Shown here piece after piece: positions 26,926 through 38,900 of a DNA stretch of 64,000 bases (position 1 is the first letter of the stretch; every line of letters starts with the position of its first letter). The notes under the pieces are model-generated. The model was not told the origin of the DNA. It worked only from the letters and a program-made list of their open reading frames with translations, and did not search any database. Source of the stretch: Vicugna vicugna (Eukaryota); assembly GCA_013265495.1 (NCBI GenBank), contig MU058687.1, positions 4,896,093 to 4,960,092 of the forward strand, given 5' to 3'. A program made the translations under genes and the position numbers.

Positions 26926-27570
26926 TTAATTTGTACCTGCAGCCTCTCCAGTCTTGTATTTGATAGGTTACATGTGGGAAAAGCCTCATAAGGGCACAAG
27001 AGTTGGTTTAGAGAATGTCCTAAAAATTCATGACCTTTTTTGATTAAGGGAAGTCTCTTTTTGGTTTTTGATATTATGTTGCTTTTGGGGAAACATGCCT
27101 GAAGGGAAAGGAGGCCGGTTTTTTCAAACCAAGAAATGTAATACTCACAAAAATGTCGTGAAATTGATTTGACTGGGTCCATTTTACAAATAAAGGAGTG
27201 GAGGCTCAAAATGGTCATGGACCATGTCTGCGGTCCTTCTACCAGTGAGCTGTGTCCCTTCCAGGCCCCTCCTGGTCTGTCTGCCTCCATTGGCCATGCT
27301 CTGTCCTTTTTTGCTGTTCATACACATCACAAAGCCAACCAACCTGAAGAGCACTGGTTTCATACTAAATGAAGAAGTAAACAAGAGTTTAAAAAGAAAA
27401 CAAACAAATAACAACACTGTCTGAGTGTGAAGACCATTTGTGCCTCTTGAGCAGGCTTTGATGGTGAGAACCTCAAGGTTCAACTCTTGCGTGAACCCTT
27501 AGACATGACAGCTACGAGAAATTGATGTAAGACTAAACGATCACCAACAGTGGGGCTGGGGTTCACCAAG

Positions 27571-28022
27571 TGTATTGTCTCCTCAACTTGTCTTCACAAA
27601 GTATCATGAACTAGTTGGCTTAAAACAACAAAAACTTAATTTTCTCATAGTTCTAACAGGTAAAAGTCCAAAATCAAGGCAAGGTCATGCTCCTTCTGAA
27701 GGCTCTGGGGAGACTCTTCCTTGACCCTTCCTAACTTCTGCTGGTGGCCATCAGTCCTTGGTGTTCCTTGGCTTTTAGCTGCACCACCCAGTCTCTGTCT
27801 CTTTCAACACATGGCACTCTGCTGTGTGTGTCTGTCTCTCCACATGGCTTTTCCTTCTTTGTATAAGGACACCAGTCACATTGGAGTAGGGTGAACCCTA
27901 ATGACCTCATCTTAATTTGATTACATCTGCAAAGACCGTATTTCCAAATAAAGCCATATTCACAGGTGTTGGGGAGGAAGGCGTCAACGTATCTGTTGAA
28001 GGGATGCAGTCAGCCCGTAACA
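27571..28022 (-). mobile_element. Full-length solo MaLR LTR (MLT1C-like)
   Basis: TG...CA termini, internal tggcttaaaacaacaaaaa and ctaatgacctcatcttaatttgattacatctgcaaagacc.tatttccaaataa. 5-bp TSD ccaag/ccacg. Confidence 0.88.
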
Positions 28023-28764
28023 CCACGTTGTGAGGGAGCTGCTGCAGAACTTCTGTGGGCTGATGCCCATGGTCGCCAAGTGTATCATTGCTAATACGCT
28101 GAGATGTGGGAGGAAATCACAGGATTTAATCTCTTTGACAGGCAGCCCTGAGATACTCTTCCTGTCACATTACACTCTGCTGCCACTGTCAGTTCCCCAT
28201 CCGTTGGGATAATTTTTGTGTCCTGCTGAGTGTGTGGGTTGGCCTCTGACAGGGGGAAACCTAAGCCCTGCATCTTTCAGGCACCTAACCCAGGGCAGAA
28301 AGGCAGAGACCCAAGTGCCTTCTCTGAGATTATCTTTTGATTATATATCCAGAGAGCAGAAACATCACAGACGTGTCACTTGATCTAGAAATCAAAGTGA
28401 GTATTCCCTAAGGGAAGCGCTAACTCTGTTCAGATATTACCAAGTGTAAAACGCCAGGAGCATCGCATGCACAGTGTCCGCTGACCGTCGGTGTAGAGGG
28501 AGACCAGAGGTGCTCGTGGAGCAGCAACACCCCAGGGACTTGGACTCCTCCACCAAAGCGGCGTAGATGGCCAGTTTAACAAAGGCATTTGAGGACCTCC
28601 GGTCTGTTCTATTCATTTCACGGCTCAGAACGGCTAAATGGCTGGGCTAAACTGCTTATTGTCAGGTGGACGACCAGGACACAGTACAGAAGTAAGAACA
28701 TAAGGCTGGTTGATGCCTTTTTAAGTGACAAAGCATTGAGTTTCTTATTTTAACACCCGTGGTG

Positions 28765-29020
28765 GATGGTGTACAAGTCATGACAGTGCAGACAGGAGAA
28801 GTGTAGCCACGCAGCTGGGTTTGTATCCTGGTTCCTTAACTCACAAGCTATGTGATTCGGGGAATGTTTCATCTGTAAAACAGTGATTATAATAATAGCA
28901 ATAGAATATCTACCTCATAGAGTAGATAAGGAAACCAAATTCACATGTATTGAAAACACTTAGAACATGGGCTCACACAGATAAAGTGTCAAGAAAGGGT
29001 TAATATCATTATTATTACTG
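28765..29020 (+). mobile_element. MIR SINE
   Basis: ctgggtttgtatcctggttcc...tcatctgtaaaacagtgattataata...tacctcatag. Confidence 0.7.
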
Positions 29021-31886
29021 TTATCCTTCACTTTATAAGCAAAGTGTTCTGAACACATTCCAGGTCAGATACGGAGCCCCACTGCATTGGGAAGACACAT
29101 TTACTTCCCCTAAACCTCAGCATATTGAGAGCAGTGGGAGCGAAGGTGGAGGCAGGGCAGCGAGTAAGGGCGGGTGCAGGCTGAGCATACAGTCACCAAG
29201 CAGAGTAGCAGAAAGGGAGCCTTACCTCCATGAGGCAGGCTTTAAATAGAGAAAAAATTTGAATGAAGATTTATGAAATTCAGTTTCCAGTTCAGGTTCT
29301 TTTTCTAGTCATTTTGTGGTCTCATTCAAGTCTCTTGATTTCTTTGGATGAAGCAAAACCCATTTTACAGATGAGGAAGCTGACGCTCAGAGAGGTATCT
29401 AGCTAGAAAAGAGAATAGAAATTCAAAATCCAGTTCTTTCCAACTCAATACCCATATTCTTTTCTGCTTTACGACACTCTTTCAAGCATCAAAACTGATT
29501 AAAGATATATTTGCAATATATTGATAGTATATATTTTTAGTAATCAATGTTGGTATAAAAACAGACTTGTGTACCTCACCATATTTTTCATGCAGTCATC
29601 TCAGTTACCATCATCATCTAGGTGTCCTCCAGGGACTGCATATTGATGACTGAAAATCACAGTTGTGCAAGGTGAGTGGGAAATGGGCGAGATGGTAGAG
29701 CGTGAGCTGGGGAAGAGACTTTGAGCACTGAACAGCAGGCAGCATCGCTGTTGGCAGAGTAACGGAGAAGGCGCTGTGGCTTTCCCAGGCCATCGTGGCA
29801 AAAAATAGCATAGAACAGCTGGTGAGCTGTCAGAATGATCTTAAGGAGGAAATGTGAAATGTCTCTGCTTGGCGCATTCATCGAGAGTTATTTGAACAGA
29901 ACTGAATTGCCAGGGGAGGAACAAGCAAGGTGGTAACTCACCTTTCCCTCATCTTTCTCAAATGTGGTTCTGTGTGACGGGCCTCTTTTGCACACATACA
30001 TCCTATTTGCATACTCCCTCCCTCCCACTCCACATGACCCACACTCAGAGATATGACTGCATATATCCAAAGAAATATTGATGAACAAAATATGTGTTTT
30101 AAGCACCTATAGATATTTCCTTAAGACAAAATTTTAAAAAGACATCGGACAGGTTAGCAATGATGACTTTTTTGGAAGAGAGGTCTTTTTGAATAGTCTT
30201 GGGTTGAGTCCTAAGGTGGCTTTGGTTATTTCATGGAGTAGTTTAAATGTGTGTCTAAATTAAAAATCATTAAGACTTTGTCGTGACTGGTGAAGTCAGT
30301 GAAGGGATGAACAGGAGGAATGCAAATGAAGAAAAGACACACAGTTGGGGATGAGTCCTGACTGGGGTATTAACCTCTTGCATGAACTTGCAACGAGGCT
30401 TTTTGCTGGAAACAGTCTAGGTGACCTGAAGTTGCTGAATTCAGATTTTTTTTTTTTTTGAGGGTAGCTAAGGAAAAAGCAGTTGTAGCCAGAGAACCAG
30501 GTGTTATGCTTTTGGATATGACCTTGAAGAGAGGCTGCTACTTTTTGGCTTCCACTTCAGATAATAAATTCTTCTCCCTCCCTCCCTCCCTCTCAGGGAA
30601 AGATGAATGGGTCAGGTGCTTCAGAGCCCTCTGAAGGAATGGTTTTAGGATATGCAGCAACTGGACATTTAGAGCAGTACTGTTATCCAAAGAGGAGTAT
30701 CATTGAGGTTATTCATTTTGTTGTCCCTATCATGTAATTCTTTGTAGTAGAAAGCGAAGAGCAATAATTTGTACAATACATGGAACAAGAAGAAATGGAG
30801 GGAGAATTTACATAAGCCAAGGAATCCAAATTAAATTTATAAAGTAGTAAATTGATTTCTCCTTGGATTTTGAAGTAAATGGCAATAATTTCAGTTGTGG
30901 GATGGAATTATTTGCTTTTAATGATACAGGAGCAATCTGCAAATGTTTAGGGAGCGTTACTTGTATGTGGCTGTAAATGAATAGGGTGATTTTATATGAC
31001 TCCTTTAATCAATTCTATGATATCTAATCTTGATGTTTTCTTTTAGATTCAAGCCAAGAAGAAGCATTGTATTTGGAGTTAGTCTTTTCCCAAACTAGCA
31101 ATGAATGGTTGTCTCATTTCTAATGTCCACCCTGACTTGACCGTTATGAAGAAACATGTGTTGAACCCCTGCAATAGACAGACTGTGTGTTACTCATCAT
31201 CTGGATACTACTGTTCCTTTTGCTTAAGTTTTAAAAATTTGGCCTCTTTTTATATTGATTACCAATAGGATCTTTGCAAAGTCCTTAATGTAGTACCCAA
31301 AGTATCTTTATATATTTTAACTCTGATAAACAAAGCGAGTTTTGGCCTTGCTGGAAAATTGAATTGGAAAAAAAAAATTTATACTCTTGTAAAGCTCAAG
31401 CTTGGCTTCAGTTCAAACATGGGAAGCTTCTTGGTGATTTATGTTCTACTTGACATGGTCCATCTACGCTAGAGAGGCAGAGTACAAATTATATTATCGT
31501 GATGTAGAAGAAACAGGAATAATTCTGACCACTGATTTACCAACAGCAAAATAGACTAATGGTCTCAAATAGAAAAAAGTCTTCTGAGCTCATGACATAC
31601 CCAGAAGACACTAACACTGACTTTAAGAAAAGCAGTCCCACTAGTGACTAAGGAACGTGAGCTAAGTTTCCTTCTATAATTATCAGTGGCTGTTTAGAAT
31701 GGACTGCAGTACTAAAATTTTGCAGGTTCAAAGATTTAAATTCAATACCAAGAAGGGATATAGCACTTTCTTCTTTAATACACACAGGGTTAAAATGTTG
31801 TATGGCCATTTCCTCGCATTTGGATCACAACTTTGGAATCAGTACCAGTCAGCAAGTTTTTGAGTCTTTTGTTTCCTGGAGCTGAG

Positions 31887-32366
31887 TGTATTAGTCATTG
31901 TTTAATAATGCTGCGTAACAAACCACACCATAATTTAGTGGTTTATGACATTCCCACATTCACAGGGCTGCAGGTTAACTGAAGTTTGGCCTATCTCACC
32001 TGGCCTCGGCATGGTAGCTCTTCTTTGGGCTGCCACTGAGCCAAGATTGGCTCCAGGCTGAAATTAGATTTAGGTCTGCTCTATGTGCGCTTACTGTGAG
32101 GCTCAGGCTGAAGGGTCAGTGGCTACCTGGGGCATTCTCTTTTCATGCTGCATTCTAGAGCACGAAAGGGCAATCCAAACTGCTGAAGCATGTTTGAAGC
32201 CTCTGTTTGCATCACAGCCACTTCCATCCTGTTGGTCAGTCAGGTCACGTTGAAAAGTCATAGTCATGAGATGGAAAAGTATTTTCTTCCTACAATGGAA
32301 AGACACTACAAAGTTACATAATATTCCAGGACGTGCAGAAATGGGACAGTAGTCTGCTTTACCACA
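31887..32366 (-). mobile_element. Old MaLR LTR (MLT1G/H-like)
   Basis: Starts tgtattagtca...aatgctgcgtaacaaaccac...tttagtggttta and ends ...ttaccaca. Confidence 0.65.
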
Positions 32367-32409
32367 TGAACAACCCTAGTTACCTCCTTGGTTATCCTTG
32401 ACAAAACTT

Positions 32410-33570
32410 AGACTCTTCCAGCTAGATATTAGAAGTCATCTAGTCTAACCTCCCTCCAAGTGTAAGAATTCTTTCCACAGCAGACCTGATAGACACATTT
32501 TCATTGGCTGCTTGAATTCCCCTAAGATTTTGCATGATTTTGCAAGGCAGCCTGCTTTATGGTGGGAACATTCTAATGGTAAAAAAAAAATTTTATTCTT
32601 CATCAAAATCTGTCTCACTATACATTCTTCCTACTCCTTAGGAGTCTATACTCAGGAACAAAAGGAATGTGTACTCCTTTCTTCCTGGGGTAGTTCTTCA
32701 CGATGGTGGCTAGCCCGTGTCCCTCTTAAAAGTCTTTGCTTTTCTAGTTTGCATAATCATTCCTTAAATGACCTGAAAGTATTTCCCCAAATTTCACCAT
32801 TCTCATCATGCTACTATGGACTATCATTAAAGCCTACTGATGAGTTTATTAAAGTGGGATGTTCATTAAAGAGCAGGATGCTCTGCCCTCTGCCTGACTC
32901 CTGCTGAGTACAGGAAGACCGTTCCTGTCTCCAATAGCAACACTCTTCTATTCATGCATCAAGAGTTTGCATAAAAGTTTTTATAGCCAGCCTATTCTAT
33001 TTCTAGATTCTACTGGAGCTCCTGGTCATCTAATACCTCCATCTCTTCTTCCTGAAGTCCATTCTGACTGAGTCATCTCAGTCCTACACTTATGTAATTC
33101 TTCTTTTATGTAGGTGACTATATTTATCTTAATTAATTTCCATTGAGTTTTTATTCTTTATTTTCCCAGTCTCACTGTAGCATTTACATGTTGACATTCA
33201 GTATATTCCTCTCATATATAGGGTGGGTGTGAACTTGTAACCATGGCTTCTCTTTCTTCATCCAAGTCACTGATACAAATATTGACCAGGGAGTTGTTAA
33301 GAACATAGTTCTGCTGCCAACTCTGTGAGATCTGGCCATCTGTTTAGTGAGTCATCTATAAATCCTTGTAATGTGTAAGTGTTCCCCGTTTTGCTCCATC
33401 GTGATCTCAGATATATCATTAAAGACCTTGTCTTATGCTTCACTGTGACTTTTAAACTCCGTCCACATCATCCTGCTGACCTTCCCATTTGGTAAATGTA
33501 TTCTCAAGAGAATGAGATTAGTTCTATGTGACTATTCTCACTGAAGCTGTGCTAGCTCATTGCATCTCCT
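32410..33570 (-). mobile_element. L3/CR1 LINE fragment
   Basis: tagaagtcatctagtctaacc is the antisense CR1 3' end; later tcttcatccaagtcactgatacaaatattgacc resembles antisense CR1 RT. A second CR1 3' end lies near 33855-34000. Confidence 0.65.
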
Positions 33571-34099
33571 CTTAATCTCCAAAGCTCAGAGGTCACAACA
33601 TCAAATGGTCATAAAGGCCAAGCAGGTAGTAAATGTTTGGATCAGAAGCTGGGTGTAAGGCTTCTGTAGGAACAAAAATACGCATCTCTTGCTGAGAAGA
33701 CTCTTTGCCAGCTGAACAAAATCCATCTGCTAGCGGATTTCACTTGCCATTTCGTGATTCCTCTTCTAAGTAAGTTTATCAGCCTGCTATTTGTATGAAC
33801 TCATATCTTTATCCATTTTGAAAAATAAAAGACCATATTGGTACATTCCCTGCCATAGATTTGGAAGGGATCATCAAGGTCCAAGTTCAGTCCCAACTCA
33901 ATTTAAAAATCCCCTCTGCAATGTCTCTAACAAATGATTGTACAGATTTTTTTATGTCTATCAAATTCAGGTGATCTCACTACATTACAATGTAGCTGCT
34001 ACTATTCTTTCTTCCTTTTCTGTCTCAGAGGAAAAATTGGTTTATACCCTTTCACAACTGAGTCTACCTGTGCCCTTGGCCTCTTGCCTTTTTGTCTCT

Positions 34100-34760
34100 T
34101 CTGGGATCTTATGCCATCTGTTACCTCATCTCTGTTTTATCTGTTATATTTCCCCTCCTCTGCCTCTTCTCCATCTGCTCACAGCATGCTCAAATTTATC
34201 TAAGCTATATTTTTTGTGTGTCATTTCACCCAATGGCTTCCCAATACCAACTAAAGGCAGTTGATATTCCTTAACAGAACATTCAAAGATTCATTTGATT
34301 CATCCTCAACCTGCCTCTTTGTCCAGCAAGGCCATTTCTCTCTAGGGTATACACTATGCTCTGGCAAACTCATCCACTGATTAGACTGTTTCTCTCAGTC
34401 TTTCCTTTTAGCCATGCTAGCTTTGGTGCTTAGAATGCTATTAAATCAATCTTGTTTTCATGCCTTCCATTTGTTGAAATTCTAGATGTCCTTCATGACC
34501 CAGCTTCTGAGTCACCTCTTCCAGGAAGCCTTCCCTGCTTTCCCTAGCAGACTAGTCACTTCCACTGAAATCTTGTTGAATTTTGTCTACATTATTGCCT
34601 TCACCACTTTCTATTTTTAAACTGCTATTTTGTCCATGTCTTATCTAATCTATCCATTATAAACTTTTGAAAACTTTGTCCTACCCATCTTTATGTCTTT
34701 AGGATCTAACACAATTCTTTGCATGTAGCATGTGCTCAATATATGCCTATTGATTTATAG
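34100..34760 (+). mobile_element. L2 3' fragment
   Basis: gtcacctcttccaggaagccttccctg and catgtagcatgtgctcaatatatgcctattga. Confidence 0.7.
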
Positions 34761-35509
34761 AATAATTGATTCTTAGATTCATTAATAATGATCAATCTAA
34801 GTGTTTTTCAAAATCACACTTAACTCCGTATGTGTCAGGATAACCACTCTTGAGATTTATATAAGCCAAATTCTCCCTTTTAAAATAAAAGGGAATAGGT
34901 CTTATTTTTCATTTAGTATGTAACAGATACTGGACTAGGTTTCTTTCATAAATATTACACATGTGTTATTCCTTTTTTATCTCCATAAAAATTCTGTGTG
35001 CCAGCTTTTGGGGGGTTGTTGTTTAGATGGAAAAACAGAGGCTAAAAAAAGTTTTAAAAGTATTATTTACTTCAGAGCTGGAAATTCAGTTCTGTCCTTG
35101 GAAGTCTCCTGGAAGAACAAGGTGTTTAGATGCACGTACTGAGGAGAGCAGAAAATTGGATAACAGCATCCTGGGTCATTTTTGGTGCTGTTTTTACTCA
35201 TTACGTGGCTTGGGAAAGTTCATGTTAGGCTTTTCCGTTCTTAAAACTGAGATTCATATACCACTGTGCAAAATATGTGTCCCCTAACTTACCTCCCTCC
35301 AGGAGATTAATGAGATGATTTCCAAGGAACACTTTGATTTTTTATGATAAAAGAAATAGATAAGTATGAAGCAAAGCATTTCCTCTTCTACTGAAGGTTT
35401 TAAAAAGGTTGCAAACAGCCTTTTAAAAATTATCAAAGTAAAAGCTAGAAGAAGAAACAGCCATGTACATTTAAAATCAAATCAACAATTAATGTAGAAC
35501 CCCTAATGG

Positions 35510-35740
35510 TCTTCTAATATGTGTATTGCGCATTATAATTTACCAAGCACTTTTACATATATTATCTCAGTTAGTTTTTATAACTACTCTATGTAATACC
35601 TAAGCTAAGTATTTTTATTACCATCTTTAAGATAAGAAAGCTAATACTCAGAAAGGCTAAGTGACTGACTTGTTTAGTGTTACTTGATTCACATGAAATA
35701 GTACAAGGCTAAACCCAGGTTTCCTAGACTACAAACCCAA
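35510..35740 (-). mobile_element. MIR SINE
   Basis: ccaagcacttttacatatattatctca...agataagaaagctaatactcagaaaggctaagtgact. Confidence 0.75.
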
Positions 35741-35900
35741 TTTCAGAGGTCCTGCATCTCTGTACTTCTGTTGATACGAAAGCATCCAAATTGGACCATC
35801 CACATTCTGTCCACTTTCAGGGCTGAATTTAAATTCTACTTTCATTATAAAGCCTTCCTATATCCCTCTAACCTGAAGCCACATCTTCAGCTTCCACATG

Positions 35901-35977
35901 TTTTTTAATGGAGGTACTAAGGATTGAACCCAGGACCTCGTGCACGCTAAGCATGCGCTCTACCACTGAACTCTACC
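35901..35977 (-). mobile_element. tRNA-derived SINE, camelid Vic-1-like
   Basis: The reverse complement GGTAGAGTTCAGTGGTAGAGCGCATGCTTAGCGTGCACGAGGTCCTGGGTTCAATCCTTAGTACCTCCATTAAAAAA has A box, B box (GGTTCAATCC) and an A tail. Imperfect TSD ccacatgtttttt / ccacagtttttt. It sits inside an L2 (about 35780-36310). Confidence 0.88.
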
Positions 35978-38900
35978 ACAGTTTTTTATTGTCCTTAAGT
36001 AGATCAAAACAAAGCTGTTTAAGTTCTTGTGAAAATTCACAGATCATCCCATCAGGTGGTTCCCTGGAAGCCACTATACTGAGGTAGGTTCCATATATTC
36101 TCTTCTTTCTTAAAATAAGCTTTGGAATTCTGTCCAGTTTACATTCTTCTTGATAGTTGCCACCAACCATTCCATCCTTGGGACCGAGTATCAGCACAAG
36201 GAGTACTTGAATAGTAGACATGGTCTTTTCATTTTGGATTTAACGCCTAGCATAAAATCTGGCACACAGTAGGTGCTCGATGCATACTTGCTAAACAAAT
36301 GACTAGACTAATCAATGCTTATGGATGGGGTAGAAGATTCAGAAAGTTTGGTAGGAATACTGGGAATAAAGGTGGACACCTATAACAGAAGGTCTGGGAT
36401 GTGAAGCTGAAGAGTCTGAAATTTGCCCAGCTGGCAACAGAAGAGTTACTGGAGCCAAGAAATGTTTTTTTTCTGGATTTTCTACTGTAGGGCAGATTCT
36501 ACTTTAGAATTCAGCCAACTTCTTGCTTCCCCCCCCCCTTTTCTTTCTTGTCTTTTCAACTCCACCGGGACCTCCTCCCTCCCTCCAGTGCTACTTTGCC
36601 AGAGAGTTGCAATACGTAAGACAGGCAGAAAAACCCCAGTGAACTGAGGAAGCCTGTTAAAAGCACTGATTTCTATGATGTCTCAGTTTGTTAACTAAAT
36701 TGTGGTTGTATCGCTTGACCAGAGACAGCTGACAGACAGCTCTGCCGGAACAAGTAGCATCTCCTAAATGACACGTGCATTTGCGTTACAGGCAGCGGGT
36801 ATCATTATTGCCTGGGCCATCACAGTAAATACGGTGATTATATGCATCCCTTGGGATATGGGGTTGACAGCATAGTTGGGCTGCGCTGGAGAGTCTTGGC
36901 TGGTGCACTGACGTAAATGACAGCAAAGCAGATCTTTGGGCCCCTTAGGATGGAGGCGGAAGTTCACGAGATAAAGAAAGTTCCACAGGCCTGCTAAAAT
37001 CTACCAGTTAGGACTGTAATTTCTCTACTTATAAGTCATGTTTGACATCCCTCCTTCTGATATTTTTTCTGGCAACCCAGTGTCCAAAAGTCCAAGACGG
37101 CAGCTGCATGTTGCTAAGAATTTCAGCACTCAGCAGAAACAGTGGTAGTTATTAACTGATCAGTCAAAGGCAGTTTCACCATGGCCATAAAATAAACATT
37201 TCAAACCTCCAAACATACACCAACCTCCAAGCAACAAGTCCTCCTTAGATGCCTGAGGGTTGGTTCTCTAGCTTCTCGGAAGGGTCAGGCTGTATTGGTA
37301 GAGTTGCGTGGAGAGGATGTATTTGGACTTTAAAAAAGGGATAGTTCCCCATCTATACATATAGGCTATGAAGCAATTGCTGTTCCCTGGAAAGAAAATT
37401 TAGAGGTGACACTTCCTGTATCTTCTCTCCAATCCTTTATTTAGTTGATGGGATTGGATGAAGAGTCTGCCTAGGTCTGGTGAGACCTCTTCCTTCTCTT
37501 CTTTCTGTTCAGAGGGTTCTTCTCCCTGTGCTGGACGTACCCTGGCCCGGGTCAGCTTCATCTTTGCAGGGACAGTAGGGGAGGGAACAGGACTAGAAAC
37601 ACGAGTAGGAAGCCTGATGTGTGGCCAGGTCCAAATCTCATCTCAGACCAATTCCCTCATTGAACCTCACTAAGCAACAACGTTTGCTGGTCCTTTAGCC
37701 TATTTCTCAATTGGCTGATATTCAGAATAGAGAGGTCTATGATTTATTGCTCACTTAAACCTCAACATGGTAGAGTGGTAATTCTGTTTTTTTAGCTATT
37801 ATATTACAATGAACACTTTTTTAATTTATTTGGCAAGTGTGTTATATAACTTAAATATATTTTTTTTTCAATATCACGGTCTGCTCAAAACTAAATGGTA
37901 GTTCTAGAGCAGAGGCCTACCCTAAATTTTTCTTGATGCTTATAGCCATGCAGATATATGAACTCTCAGAACCAAAAGTGTGTTTGCATAAAATTCACAT
38001 GTACCTTTCTATACTGAATGGTCTGTTCTTATGCAACTTCCAGTGATGCACTTTATTATCATGATCTTTGCTGTCCTTTATTAATCCCATTGGCTAAGTG
38101 TACATTTCCTATTGGTGTGTCTCTAAGTCAAGGTGAAGGTAGCTACCATACTTCAGAACTCAGAAGGAAGTCTATTTTGTTTAAATCAGACCTCCTTATG
38201 AGGCTGCCTAACAGTGATAGATTTTGTTGTTGAGCTTCAGTTCATGAAAAGTGCATTAAAACCTTGAGCTGAGCCATCTTTCTGAGGCAGCAGTTGGGTC
38301 ATTGCAATTTGGCAGGCACTTTAGATGTGTGTGTGATTTTATGCTGGAGTCGCTTAATTCATCCCAGCCCTTCAAAGGGGAAAGGAAGTACGATTCCTTG
38401 GGTATCGTCTGTTAATGTGTCAACTGCCTGCGTATATTGTTTTATCCTCCTAACAAGCTTGTGTGATAGGTAATATTTTCCCAACATTAAAGGTGAGAAA
38501 TTCGAGGCTTAGGAAATCTAAACAATTTGGTCAAGAACACACAGTAAGGGATGGAGTTGAGATGCAAAGTCAGACCCGTCTTACTCGAAAGCATATGATT
38601 ATTATAGTGCATGGGGAGTTAAAAAAGAAAGAACACTACAAGGGGCAGACTCATAATATAAGTGATTAAAATGGAATGGGGTATAAGAAATAATGCACTT
38701 GCTCTTATTTTTCTTGAATCCCATGGCTCTTGATCTATCTTTTGTTGAGGTTCAGGGAAATCGCTAGTTATGCGGTGGCAAATGTGTTTCCCTTTCATCT
38801 TTACCCTACTCTGAACAAAGAGGGAGAGTCAGGGACAGAGGCAGAGGAAAACCTGGTGATAAACGGCAAACAACACTCAGACTTTGCCTCTGGTAGCCAA

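Noticed and set aside
26838..27290. Longest listed ORF (150 aa), and others of 120-142 aa at 4632, 25454, 32512, 46473 and 52969
   Set aside because: No recognisable domain; several overlap microsatellites, MIR or CR1; lengths are in the range expected by chance in intronic DNA.
35901..35977. Functional tRNA gene
   Set aside because: It has an A tail, a TSD, a degenerate 5' acceptor stem and no oligo-T terminator on the coding strand, so it is a SINE.
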